DNA of 64,000 bases from Wickerhamiella versatilis (Eukaryota). A program made the position numbers and the translations under genes. The stretch spans positions 2,356,001 through 2,420,000 of the forward strand of contig JAQOWU010000008.1 in NCBI GenBank assembly GCA_030867685.1, given 5' to 3'. Below the pieces are notes generated by a model. The model did not search any database. It saw only the letters and a list, made by a program, of their open reading frames with translations, and was not told where the DNA came from. This document shows positions 1-10,709 of the stretch, piece by piece (the stretch's first letter is position 1; the number at the start of each line of letters is the position of its first letter).

Positions 1-1475
1 GAGGCCCGCTGAAGCCGTTCCATAGTAAGGAAGTACATAGAAAGCGAGGGTGCATACGAGTCTAATGGGCTCTGAAAGCGCGAATTCCAGGCACCAGAAT
101 CCTTATGAAGACGCCATTGTTTAACAGCATTGTTGTACTCGGAACTTTGCAGAATACGCTCAAGTCCGATTTCAATTGTTTCCTCCTGCCCCAAACCTAG
201 TGTACTCATCTCATGGATGACAGCCCTGTTTAATGGGCGTTCGATAGGCTCTCTTCGTGGTATGTGAGGATCGACAGGACCATCAAAGCCTTTTACCATC
301 CATGGGTGGTGGATAACCTCATACAAGGTAGCCCTCTCGCTAGGAGCCACAACTAGCATTCGACTAAGAAGGTCCACACACTGCGACGACAACCAAGTTG
401 GGTACTCAACCACCCCTCTCTTTATCTTAGCATGTAACACTGTCATGCTTCTGTCTTCGAAAGGGACCTTACCACTGACCAATACATACAATACGACCCC
501 GAGAGACCAGACATCTACCTCTGGACCGACATAAGGTTGCGCATTGAGAAGTTCCGGCGCCGCAAAATAGAGGCTACCACAAAATGTTTTCAAAAGATTG
601 TCTCGATAGAACAAGTTAGAAAGACCAAAGTCAATCAATTTTACCTCACCATCATCGTTTATGAGAACATTCTCAATTTTAAGATCGCGATGAACAATAG
701 AATTGTGATGACAATAATCCAAGGCAGAAACAATCCCGCGTGCGAATCTTCGGGCCTGCTGCTCCTTGACACAACCATGTGTAATTATATAGTCCAACAT
801 TTGGCCTCCAGCGACATACTCAAAGACAAGATACCAATGGCTTGTCATCGAATAGACATCATAAAGTCGTGCTATATTTGGATGGTATAGCAACTGGCCT
901 ATTGCACCCTCACGGATGATACGAGCATCTTTGGCCTCGTCAGATTCACCACCTCCTCCAGTTCGTCGCTGTGTATATGCCTTAGGTACGATCTTAACCG
1001 CAGCCATCTGCCGCGTGTAGCGATGAATCGCCAGCTTCACCTGGCCCATTGAGCCAGCACCTATGCTTTTCACAAAATCCCAAGGGCCAATTGAAGAGCG
1101 CTTTTGTGCCTTATGTCTATGTGTATGTGGATGAGATGCTGGTTTAGGTGCAGGTGTCTGTTTCATTTTCTGCTGCGAATTGACAGCAGCCTTCAGCTTC
1201 TCACCCGACTCGGCACTACTTGGGTTCGTCGAATGTCCCTGTCGATAGGTTTCTGATGCTTCTAAGTTCCCAGACTGCGGTCGGATTTCCTGGATCAGTC
1301 CATCAAGTGATTGCTCACTCGAGTTTGTCGCTAGGACAGATTGTTGTGGGGTATTGGGGGAACCAACCGCTATCGGTGGTCCGGTGGCACGAGCTGTATT
1401 AGTGGGCCGTGCAGGAGATCTAACGCCATACGCACGGGTCGACGCCCGCACTGGCGTGGGACTAGGCCCCTCCAT
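1..1475 (-). CDS. KIN1: Kin1/Kin2 (MARK/PAR-1) Ser/Thr protein kinase, 5' part (runs off window start)
   Basis: Not in the ORF track; translated by hand from ATG 1475. Contains WDFVKSIGAGSMGQVKLA, IVHRDLKIENIL, IIDFGLSN, TFCGSLYFAAPEL and YVGPEVDVWSLG. KIN1 and KIN2 cannot be distinguished, and the start is uncertain. Confidence 0.9.
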   Translation of the reverse strand, partial: MEGPSPTPVRASTRAYGVRSPARPTNTARATGPPIAVGSPNTPQQSVLATNSSEQSLDGLIQEIRPQSGNLEASETYRQGHSTNPSSAESGEKLKAAVNSQQKMKQTPAPKPASHPHTHRHKAQKRSSIGPWDFVKSIGAGSMGQVKLAIHRYTRQMAAVKIVPKAYTQRRTGGGGESDEAKDARIIREGAIGQLLYHPNIARLYDVYSMTSHWYLVFEYVAGGQMLDYIITHGCVKEQQARRFARGIVSALDYCHHNSIVHRDLKIENVLINDDGEVKLIDFGLSNLFYRDNLLKTFCGSLYFAAPELLNAQPYVGPEVDVWSLGVVLYVLVSGKVPFEDRSMTVLHAKIKRGVVEYPTWLSSQCVDLLSRMLVVAPSERATLYEVIHHPWMVKGFDGPVDPHIPRREPIERPLNRAVIHEMSTLGLGQEETIEIGLERILQSSEYNNAVKQWRLHKDSGAWNSRFQSPLDSYAPSLSMYFLTMERLQRA

Positions 1476-1854
1476 AGCTTCTACTGCTGCTGATTACTGA
1501 TCCGCCACCTCACAGAATAGGTCACTTGCTAGATACTCAGAATAAGGTTCATACGAACGCATGGTGGCATTTTCGAAGTCTAAAAGATCGATCCTAACTC
1601 TAAAATTCAGGCATAAAGCGTAAGGAGAGCTTCACCAAAAGCATCCACCTCATCAAAAAATATAGGCTAATGATGGAATTTCTTACTTTTTAGCCAACAA
1701 ATTGAGAGACTACAAGGAGACAAAAGAGGTTTTCTTAATATATATTATTTTTGTCCATTGAAACCTATTCGAGTTCTTCTCATTTATCATGCCATGACAT
1801 ATCTCCCTGAGTATTTGTCATCAACAATTGAAAAGTCAACGAAGGTAAAAAAGG

Positions 1855-3288
1855 ATGATCGTTGAATCCTCTGGAGTACGCATCCTTTGCGTGGCTGAAT
1901 GTCGGGGTGCTCTTAGCCGCATTAATGATCTTGTGGCAGAAACCAAGGCAGATGTAGTCGTACACACGGGATCTTTTGGTTTCTTCGATGGTGACAGTGC
2001 TTCGCGAATGACTGCCAGAGCGCTGCGAACAGCAGCTGCATTTAGCCCAGTGGTTCCGTCCGATATGAAGCAACTACCCCAGGGTGAAAGTGAGCTCAGA
2101 GAGCGCGTGGGGTCTCAGCTTTCTGAGTTGCCCCTCTTCCTTGCGGATGTTAAGCAGTTCGACAAGCCAGTATATGCCATCTGGGGAGCTGTTGAGGATG
2201 TTACAGTGGTAGAAAAATTTCGTTCTGGACAGTACAGTGTCAAAAACCTACATATAATTGATGAAAAGACGGCACCACTAATTGAAGGAACTTCAATACG
2301 CCTGATGGGTCTGGGTGGTGCGTTCCAGCCACCTCAACTTTTTGACTGCGGTAGCGGCCAGTCTACAGTTGCAGGCCAGGCAGGTTCCATGTGGGTTTCC
2401 CTCTTGCAGATTGGTGAACTTATCCAAACCGTTCGATCGACGTTTAATACAAATGAGACGCGTGTGTTTGTTACTCACTCCGCGCCATCGCAAAATCCCC
2501 TTGTTCTGTTCTTGGCATTAGCTCTGAGAACGGATCTAACATTGAGTGGAGGACTCCATTTCCGATATACCGCCAGCTACAATGACTTCGTGGCAGATCC
2601 GAACCTTGAGAGTTTTGAACGCAAACTGAGTGACTCGCTAAAGAGATTTTCGGGAATATGGTCACAGGTGAGCGGCGAAGTAACGAAAGTACTTGAGGAT
2701 AGCACCAATGAACAAAACCTGGCAACGTCAACTGTCGAGCTACTAACAAGTTACCCGCGTGGTGCTGCCTTACGGTACATGCAAGATGCATACAAAACAA
2801 TATGGCATTTCAATTTATCTGATATTGAAAATGGCTACGCAGTCTTGACTGCTTCTAACGGCAAGATTGGAGCCGAAACTGTAAGTGCAGGATTCGACTA
2901 TTCGTCTCGCCTATCGCCCAAGTTGCCGCAGGCGGCATCAGCACCGAAGCCCGCTATCTCCAATAATAGCGCCAATGGTTCTAGCACCAACAAAAAGAAG
3001 CCTGTCAGAGAAGAGCCCGCACACGCGCTGTTCTTCCGTGATGGTGACAGGCCTGAAGAAGAAATTTTGGGATTGCTGCATGAAGATGATCGCAGCAAGC
3101 AGAAAGGTATTATTTTCCGCGAGGCTGGAACTCGAAAACGTGCAATTGTGGTATTTGATTCTGCTGAGGCAGTTCAGCAGGCATATCAACGAGTTAACAA
3201 GGAGGAAGCAGGAACTGTGGCCGTTTATAGTCCAAGGCCTCACCATCATGCCCCTCATAGGCGCAAGGGACGTCAATATCAGCGTTAA
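1855..3288 (+). CDS. Fungal metallophosphoesterase-like (DUF2433-type) protein with C-terminal RRM-like domain
   Basis: VVVHTGSFGFFD, VYAIWGAVED, RVFVTHSAP and SGGLHFRY motifs. RRM-like tail (ALFFR...RAIVVFDSAEAVQQA). Confidence 0.7.
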   Translation: MIVESSGVRILCVAECRGALSRINDLVAETKADVVVHTGSFGFFDGDSASRMTARALRTAAAFSPVVPSDMKQLPQGESELRERVGSQLSELPLFLADVKQFDKPVYAIWGAVEDVTVVEKFRSGQYSVKNLHIIDEKTAPLIEGTSIRLMGLGGAFQPPQLFDCGSGQSTVAGQAGSMWVSLLQIGELIQTVRSTFNTNETRVFVTHSAPSQNPLVLFLALALRTDLTLSGGLHFRYTASYNDFVADPNLESFERKLSDSLKRFSGIWSQVSGEVTKVLEDSTNEQNLATSTVELLTSYPRGAALRYMQDAYKTIWHFNLSDIENGYAVLTASNGKIGAETVSAGFDYSSRLSPKLPQAASAPKPAISNNSANGSSTNKKKPVREEPAHALFFRDGDRPEEEILGLLHEDDRSKQKGIIFREAGTRKRAIVVFDSAEAVQQAYQRVNKEEAGTVAVYSPRPHHHAPHRRKGRQYQR

Positions 3289-3495
3289 AATAGTAAATAG
3301 TTACTGTCGTAAATATGGTACTGACCGGCTACATATTTAGTAGTAAAACAAGCGTGCTTACTTATCACTTATTATCGCCCTAATCACCGTTCAGACCTAT
3401 TAAACCGTTGGTGTTTTCGAAACCTAGAATAAATTGCGAACCCCATGGCGGGTAAGCCTAGAATTCAAGTGAATAATCTAGCTGTTTCATAAATC

Positions 3496-6400
3496 ATGGC
3501 AGTCGGTTCACGATTTAGTCATCTCATGCCTGAGTTCTGCTACCAGGCAGCCTTGCCATACCAGGTGGAGTCAGAATCTGAAGCCCTGAAGAATCTGGAC
3601 TCTATATTGAATGATCTGCTAACTGCTGTGGCTGGTGATGATCTCTGTGGCGTACGTGGGACGCTGGTCGGACCACGCTCAACTCGAGCAGTAAGAGACT
3701 TGCGGTCATGGTTGAAGCTTAAGTATGAAATCCCTTTCGAATTGAGATGTCATATTACCGAGATTATGTGGGAACTGGCATTTGCAACAACCGAACCTGT
3801 GCTCTTTGAAAGATTTGCAAATGCTTGTGCTCTCTTATGGCGAAGTCGAAGGCATCGGGCGAAATTAAGTCCAGGTTGTTTGAAAATCGATTGGACATTG
3901 CTAGTCAATGCTACTGTTAAGTATATTCTTGGATGGAGTGAACTTGTCGATCCCATAATGTCATCAGCATTGAAACAACTCGGAAGAACGTTCTCTGCTG
4001 CGGCTCCAACAGACGCGGGAGAGAAAATATTCGACGAGGTCATGAAACGCTGGAGAGGGCCATATAATAGTCCAGATAATGATCTAGCGACAGTTTTGAG
4101 CATAGTTGTTCCATCAACAGATTTCAATTTGCTTCCTAGAATTTTTGCCCTCCACGATGAAGGAGTAATATCCGACATACAGCTACTTAACTTGTCCGCA
4201 TCATTTTTACACCAGGCAACCTTAAATCTACCCAATTCTCGCTCAGTAGTCAATTCTTCACAAATGCCAGTACTGTTTACAGCTATTCTCAGGGTGTTAG
4301 GGATACCCACTGCTGGTTCTAGAAAGATGAGCTCTAAATCAGCTCTAACTCGACAATCTTCTCATGCGATTGCAACCGCGATAGTGTGCACGATTCCAGA
4401 TAGCCTCGACTACCTCGAGACACTCATACATTCGGTGAATAGCTATTGCCATCCCTCAAACAATGGTAGCTGGACTATAAATATATTTCATGTGTTGAGT
4501 GAGGCACTTTCAACATTAGTTTCTCGTCTCAACCGTCAAAGCAAGGGGGAAATACCTGCACGTATACCGGCAGAAGCTGGCCCCAAAGTTGTTAGTATCA
4601 TCTCGCAAACACTCCTCTTCGGACTCCAGTCAAAAATAATGGCAGTAACTCTACTCGCTTTGAATGTATTGCAGAATGCGGCGTATTTGGCATCAGATAC
4701 TTTAATGCCAATCCTATTACAGGATGTTTACAGCGCCTTCCAGGCAGCAGGCGATGCTCAGCATAGGGCTGTTACCTCTCTTGCGGTTTTGTCACATGTG
4801 GTACGTGCTATAGTACAAAAACCAAGATGGGCACTTCATCTGACAACATTGCTTGAACTGTCGCTACCATACATCGATGCAAATGAGCCACATAAGGCCA
4901 TGCTGGCTCTAGCATTTTTCCATACCTCAGCATTTATCGTACCGTTCAGCGATCTAAGTGAGGATGGTGGTGCTCTTGCTCAAGCTTTGATACCGCAGGC
5001 GGTCGAGAGTCTTGATCAACCTTTGGAAATAGGGGATAATGCTGTATTGAGCTCAAGTTGCACTTTTCCTGAGATAGCCTCATCTTTTTTGTCACGAGTT
5101 TTTGATTTAATCGAGAACCTCCCTGATCAAAAGCCCGTAGATGGTCCAGAAGCCATTCTACTGCAAACATTACCTTCTGCGATTCTTGCCGTAGTTAATA
5201 GTTCTTCGGAGGGAATATTTGCCAGATTACTTGAACAGACTCAGGAATATCTGGGGAATTCACAGACTTCTTGCGATGCAATAGCCCAAATTTGTGGGGC
5301 TTTTGTGAAAGCAAGGCCGACGTGTTTCCTGAGCTTTTGGTCCTTTCTAGTACCTGAAATTCGGAAGCAAATAGAAGAAAATGGTGCGGCATCATCTCGT
5401 GGTCCACTCCGTTTGCGAGATAAAACGCTGGTGCGCTATCTGAATGCACTTAATATGTGCCTGCTTGCTGCAGGTGATCAAATTTTGAGAGTAAGCGACG
5501 AACTCAGTGACCTTTTGCGATTCTTACGCGAGACCTCAAAGGGGGCGGTCATATATAACACTGCAAATACGTTGCATCATGCAGTAAGTACGCTTGCATC
5601 AGTATACGCACGTCCAGCACGGCCTCAAAAGTGGGGCCACTTTGTTGATCTAGCAACAGAAAAAATAAATATTGAGTGGCACTATCCCACGACATCTGAA
5701 TTAGAGTTGGCCCAACAATTATACATTGAGCATGTTCAAATTTCAATTGATGGCATTCAAAGAGCGAATAATATGCCACACAAACGCCCCACTGAGGCTA
5801 GTGACTTAATTTGTGGGCACCTGGTACATTTAAGGACAGTGACCGCTGCCGCCAGCCTGCTGCCAGCGCAGTATTCCTCATCAACACGTGAGCTTACAGG
5901 CCATTTTCTAGCTAGTTTGGCTCTCGATAAGGATGATGTCGCGTCTCAGAAAGAACTATTGTTTGCATTGCATGTGTGGGTTGGAGATTTAGGATTTGAG
6001 CGTAGTGCCAGACCAGAGTCGCATCAGTTGTCATTATACAACTATGAGACAAAATGCATTCGTGTTCCAGGCTTGCGAAAACAGTTACTTCCGCCAAGTG
6101 CTTTATCACAAAGAGCGAATGTGTATCATCTAACAAGGATTGCTCAGAAGAAACCGCGCGAAATGACGGACTTGGAACGTACTATCCTCCGTTTGATTGC
6201 GGATGAAAGCTGCAGCAGGTATCCTGCCGTAAGGCGGAACGCATTTTCAGCATTATTCACATCTGCCAAGTGTCTAAAGGACTCACAGGAATATATTTAC
6301 CCATTTATATTGGAGAAAACAAGAAAACTCTTGAGTGAATCGGAATTCGAGAGAGCAGAGGGAGGTATTCATCTGCTGAATTATCGCACGCTCACAATGG

Positions 6401-8436
6401 TGCGCAAATTTGGCCCTGCTCTGGATTTTTATGAACTGAGCGCACAAGCAGCATCTGCAGATAATAGGATGGTGAATACTGCGGGCTTTATATTGTTCAC
6501 TGTGAATTCCGCAGACGCTTTTAGGCTACCGGTTGATGTACCACACTGTGGCTATAATAGCCTTGGTGATGTCAATGTAGATATAGAGGAAGCTGAAAAA
6601 CAGCGACGAGAGCGCCTTGAGAAAAGAAAAGCAGCAGAGACTGAGTTTTCGGACTTGGCGTACAGGTTAGAATCACAATCTCTGACTGAGGGCCATTGGA
6701 GACTGGCTGTTATAAATTCTTTGGCCATGCTAGGGCTGCAAAGCCCTCAGGCTCCTTTGAGACCCCACATGCTTGTCCAGCTATTTAGGGGAGTTGCAGG
6801 AGCTCACCCTGATGTTCGCAAGTCGAGTATCTTGGCTTTACAACAAGCTCATGCTCGGATTTTCCGACTAGGCTTAGGACCACACGACGCATCCATTTAC
6901 CAAGCAGGAAGCGAAGAGCCGCCGGTATGGGATGCCCCTCATAGCTGGTTGAGTCCACCAAATGGGGTCGTATCGAACTTTGAATTAGACAAAGAAAGTC
7001 GGGAAGCTTTAGAGTTATATGGGAGTGCTATTACAGCTGATGCCTTGACACACATTTATGAACTACAGCGGGTTGAACCACGTGAAGAAGAAGATAGGGT
7101 TGCGACCAATATAACAAGAATCTGGACTGACATTATAACACTTTGTGGCTATGGGCTTACCTCCGTAACTATTGAAGAAGTGTGCAAAATACTTGCGTCG
7201 ACAGATTTTATGTCGGGAGATCATAACTGTCATCGGGCGGCAGCAGAGCTCTGCCTGGGATTGGCGAAGTCTATTTCCAGAATACCACCTGCCCAACAGT
7301 CTATTATATCAGATGTACTGAAAAAAGTATTATATGATGTGTTATCGTCCTCAATTACGCACCAGAATTATAAATACTGGTCAACATTCTGGAAACAGGC
7401 ATTTGCTGGTGAGAAGGCGGTATTGCTTCAAGACTTGGTTGAAATACTCAGGAATCAGGCATCTCGGTGTACGGAAAATTTGCGGAATACTCTATGCTTG
7501 AGTTTGTGGTCTGAAGTATTGAGATCATTGCCAAAAGATGCACCACAACCACTAGCCTTGCCTTTGGACCATCCTCTGGAGACAGGACGTGACGCGGTAA
7601 GCCATGCTCTTGCTAATCAGGCAGTACGTCAGGGACCTGAAATTATTGCTGGAGGCTTCTCCAACTTAGAATTGACTGACATGAAAGTATCAAAGACACT
7701 GCTCGGGGCTCTTTCGACACTTTTTGACATGCACTGTGGAAAAGTAATCTTGCCTGTCCTTCCCGAGATTGTGCCTAAGTTAATTAAAATGAGCATCATA
7801 AGGGATGACCCTGAGCTTCTTGTCAGACTTCAGACAGTTTTTGAGCGACTGGCAAATGTCGAAGCTCCCAATCTAGTAAACATTATTGTTGCATCCTTGA
7901 ATCTGGATTCCTGGCATCAGAAAGTAAGGACTTTACTGTTCCTTCAATCATATTTCTTCACCAATCTTTTCTTGCTTGACTCCTCTCAAAGACTGCTGCT
8001 CACAGAGTCTACTGCTCCCCTTTTAGAGGATGAGCAGGTGGAAGTGCGTGACTGTGCTGCCGACTGCTTAGGTTCAGTAATAAGATGTTCACCTGTGCAA
8101 GAACAGAGTTTACTGGTGACGAAGCTAGTGAAGAAGTTTACCCAATATCTTGTTTCCAGCCATGCAAGGAAGCGGCATGCGGCAGTCCTGGGCCTTGGCG
8201 CACTTGTAATTGCCTTTCCGTATGATTCGCCACCTCCCAAATGGGTACCCGGTGTCCTAGCATCTTTGGCAACAAAAGTTTCAGGGGATGGTGGAGTTAT
8301 CTCAAAAAGTGTCAAGCAAACACTGAGTGATTTCAAGAAAACTCGTCAGGATACTTGGCATGTGGATCAAACTGTGTTCTCACAGGATCAACTCGACGAT
8401 TTAGATGGTGTCTTGTGGAAAAACTATTTTGTTTGA
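3496..8436 (+). CDS. BLM10: Proteasome activator Blm10/PA200
   Basis: HPSNNGSW, LPYIDAN and FKKTRQDTW motifs, HEAT-like repeats, C-terminus LWKNYFV. Confidence 0.93.
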   Translation: MAVGSRFSHLMPEFCYQAALPYQVESESEALKNLDSILNDLLTAVAGDDLCGVRGTLVGPRSTRAVRDLRSWLKLKYEIPFELRCHITEIMWELAFATTEPVLFERFANACALLWRSRRHRAKLSPGCLKIDWTLLVNATVKYILGWSELVDPIMSSALKQLGRTFSAAAPTDAGEKIFDEVMKRWRGPYNSPDNDLATVLSIVVPSTDFNLLPRIFALHDEGVISDIQLLNLSASFLHQATLNLPNSRSVVNSSQMPVLFTAILRVLGIPTAGSRKMSSKSALTRQSSHAIATAIVCTIPDSLDYLETLIHSVNSYCHPSNNGSWTINIFHVLSEALSTLVSRLNRQSKGEIPARIPAEAGPKVVSIISQTLLFGLQSKIMAVTLLALNVLQNAAYLASDTLMPILLQDVYSAFQAAGDAQHRAVTSLAVLSHVVRAIVQKPRWALHLTTLLELSLPYIDANEPHKAMLALAFFHTSAFIVPFSDLSEDGGALAQALIPQAVESLDQPLEIGDNAVLSSSCTFPEIASSFLSRVFDLIENLPDQKPVDGPEAILLQTLPSAILAVVNSSSEGIFARLLEQTQEYLGNSQTSCDAIAQICGAFVKARPTCFLSFWSFLVPEIRKQIEENGAASSRGPLRLRDKTLVRYLNALNMCLLAAGDQILRVSDELSDLLRFLRETSKGAVIYNTANTLHHAVSTLASVYARPARPQKWGHFVDLATEKINIEWHYPTTSELELAQQLYIEHVQISIDGIQRANNMPHKRPTEASDLICGHLVHLRTVTAAASLLPAQYSSSTRELTGHFLASLALDKDDVASQKELLFALHVWVGDLGFERSARPESHQLSLYNYETKCIRVPGLRKQLLPPSALSQRANVYHLTRIAQKKPREMTDLERTILRLIADESCSRYPAVRRNAFSALFTSAKCLKDSQEYIYPFILEKTRKLLSESEFERAEGGIHLLNYRTLTMVRKFGPALDFYELSAQAASADNRMVNTAGFILFTVNSADAFRLPVDVPHCGYNSLGDVNVDIEEAEKQRRERLEKRKAAETEFSDLAYRLESQSLTEGHWRLAVINSLAMLGLQSPQAPLRPHMLVQLFRGVAGAHPDVRKSSILALQQAHARIFRLGLGPHDASIYQAGSEEPPVWDAPHSWLSPPNGVVSNFELDKESREALELYGSAITADALTHIYELQRVEPREEEDRVATNITRIWTDIITLCGYGLTSVTIEEVCKILASTDFMSGDHNCHRAAAELCLGLAKSISRIPPAQQSIISDVLKKVLYDVLSSSITHQNYKYWSTFWKQAFAGEKAVLLQDLVEILRNQASRCTENLRNTLCLSLWSEVLRSLPKDAPQPLALPLDHPLETGRDAVSHALANQAVRQGPEIIAGGFSNLELTDMKVSKTLLGALSTLFDMHCGKVILPVLPEIVPKLIKMSIIRDDPELLVRLQTVFERLANVEAPNLVNIIVASLNLDSWHQKVRTLLFLQSYFFTNLFLLDSSQRLLLTESTAPLLEDEQVEVRDCAADCLGSVIRCSPVQEQSLLVTKLVKKFTQYLVSSHARKRHAAVLGLGALVIAFPYDSPPPKWVPGVLASLATKVSGDGGVISKSVKQTLSDFKKTRQDTWHVDQTVFSQDQLDDLDGVLWKNYFV

Positions 8437-8541
8437 GTTACTTATTAGATACGTTTAATTTGTAGTTGATTTTCAATATGGTAGGGAATGGCCCAAGCCT
8501 GAAGTCTTAAGATTCATATATTATGTAATTTTCTATAAAAA

Positions 8542-9510
8542 ATGAAATGTCAAGTATGCGAATTAGCCTCGGCCTCTTTAAGACGCCCCAAAAATGGGAT
8601 GAAGGTGTGCCGTGAATGTTTTTTCACGCTTTTTGAGAACGAGGTCCACGATACAATAGTACGCCATAAGCTATTCTACCCAGGAGAACGGGTAGCTATT
8701 GGTGCGTCAGGTGGTAAGGATTCCACAGTGCTAGCCTCGGTTCTTAGAAACTTAAATTTGAGACACAACTATGGCATTCAGCCAGTACTACTTTCAGTGG
8801 ATGAAGGTATAACTGGTTACCGGGATGATTCCTTAGAAACAGTCAAACGGAACAAGGTCCAGTACGAAATGCCTCTGGAGATTGTGAGCTACCGACAACT
8901 TTATGGCTGGACAATGGATGAGATTGTTGCTCAGATTGGTAAGAAGGGTAATTGCACATATTGCGGTGTTTTCAGACGACAGGCACTGGATAGAGGCTGT
9001 CACAAACTGGGAATCAAGCACGTTGTTACAGGTCACAATGCTGACGACGTTGCTGAAACTATATTAATGAATATGATGAGGGGTGATACGGCACGGCTTG
9101 GACGATGCACCGATATAATGACTGGAGATAGTGAGAGCCCAGTGAAAAGGTCGAAGCCTCTGATGTACTCCTATGAGAAAGAGATTGTCCTCTATGCGCA
9201 TTTCAAGGGACTGGATTATTTTTCCACAGAATGTACATACTCTCCGGAGGCATTTCGGGGCACAGCGCGCCAACTTTTGAAAAATTTGGAGGCTGCACGT
9301 CCAAGTGCCATTCTTGATGTCATTCACAGCGGAGAGTCCTTTGTAATTCAACAGAACACCCGCCTAAAGCAGCCCTCAGCCCGCACATGTGCTAGGTGCG
9401 GTTATATATCATCAAACGAATTGTGCAAGGCATGTGTCCTGCTAGAAGGGCTCAATTTGGGCCGTGCAAAACTGGCAATCACGACTGACGTCAGAGCCAC
9501 GGACGCCTAA
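8542..9510 (+). CDS. NCS6: Cytoplasmic tRNA 2-thiolation protein 1
   Basis: PP-loop [25 protein letters not shown], terminal CxxC zinc motifs. Confidence 0.96.
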   Translation: MKCQVCELASASLRRPKNGMKVCRECFFTLFENEVHDTIVRHKLFYPGERVAIGASGGKDSTVLASVLRNLNLRHNYGIQPVLLSVDEGITGYRDDSLETVKRNKVQYEMPLEIVSYRQLYGWTMDEIVAQIGKKGNCTYCGVFRRQALDRGCHKLGIKHVVTGHNADDVAETILMNMMRGDTARLGRCTDIMTGDSESPVKRSKPLMYSYEKEIVLYAHFKGLDYFSTECTYSPEAFRGTARQLLKNLEAARPSAILDVIHSGESFVIQQNTRLKQPSARTCARCGYISSNELCKACVLLEGLNLGRAKLAITTDVRATDA

Positions 9511-9762
9511 AATTGTACATATTGATTATGCATGAACCTGAGATGACGCGGGTAAGGGCTGGTACCGCCTCGTATAACTATAATCCGTAAATTGAGTCAA
9601 ACTACGTGGATTTTAGTATATAATTAATTTAATAGTCCAATATGAGTCTCCAATGTAAAATTATTGCAAAATTGGGTGGTTTCTGGTACTGGGTGACGAA
9701 AAAGTAGGTGCCCTTGATCTAACTTTATAAATAGGTCCCTCCCAAACTCCCGCCCCCTCCGT

Positions 9763-10515
9763 ATGAGCGGAAGCTCATCACCGCGAACGCCAGCATCACC
9801 AGTGCGTCTACGAAATATACTTCGAAAAACGTCATGGGCTAATCTTCGCTCGCGTCTAACGATGAGCCCCGGTCAAAGGCAAGAATCAGGGGATGATGGA
9901 TGTACTACTTCTACAGATCCCACCACACAAAAGGCACCTCCACCGCCGCGGCCCTCATCACCTCCACCCTTTGCACCGCAGGCTTTTGACCTTGAGGATC
10001 AAGAATTTGAACCACCCAGTACCTATCTCAGACAGTCTCGACAACTAGGTTCCGCATTCGAACCAGAAGGGGATATGGAGTCTGAAAGCTCGGAAGATCA
10101 ATCTGATGCCCAGAGCTTATTCTCATTTGAAGGTCCTCGAAGACAACCTTCATCGAGATACTACAAGCCACAAGGACCCCACCATCGATCGCAAAAACCA
10201 CTAGCCCAAGAGGATTTGCATGACTCTAGTATTTATTTTGACTATGACGATAGCGATTTGGATGAGGAACTCAATGTATGGGACTCTGAAGAAGATGTCT
10301 CCCACCCTGAAGATAACTTGATAGAAGAGGCGAACACGTCGTGTGCTGTGTCTGATGACGAGTTTTGGTTTTGTGACTCTCCACCACCACCACGACGGCA
10401 AGCATCGCTCGTCTATCGAAAAATGAACTCTGTTGTTACAGTCTATGATAGTGCTTCCGTTCGCTCCAGAAGTCAGAAAAGTACACAATCAGCTATTGCT
10501 TCCATTCCTGAATGA
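9763..10515 (+). CDS. Hypothetical Ser/Pro/acidic low-complexity protein
   Basis: 250-codon ATG ORF filling the gap between genes, with TATAAATA about 35 nt upstream. No family recognised. Confidence 0.65.
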   Translation: MSGSSSPRTPASPVRLRNILRKTSWANLRSRLTMSPGQRQESGDDGCTTSTDPTTQKAPPPPRPSSPPPFAPQAFDLEDQEFEPPSTYLRQSRQLGSAFEPEGDMESESSEDQSDAQSLFSFEGPRRQPSSRYYKPQGPHHRSQKPLAQEDLHDSSIYFDYDDSDLDEELNVWDSEEDVSHPEDNLIEEANTSCAVSDDEFWFCDSPPPPRRQASLVYRKMNSVVTVYDSASVRSRSQKSTQSAIASIPE

Positions 10516-10709
10516 ACAAAATATTTAGTGGTTCTGACCCATCGATGCATGTTGGAACCCTAATAATTCTCTTAGCGCCTAATTAAACGAGTCTAATTAC
10601 CTGCATTCTTTAAATTATTCTTTGAGCAAAGTGCTAATCTCTCACGTGATAATTTTTTTGCTGCCCTAAGTTGCAGCTTACCTCAGATTTTTTTTGTCTC
10701 GACACCACT

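Noticed and set aside
8416-8436. Blm10 ends YFV rather than the YYA HbYX-type tail
   Set aside because: YF-x endings are, as I recall, common in fungal Blm10 orthologues, so this is not unusual.
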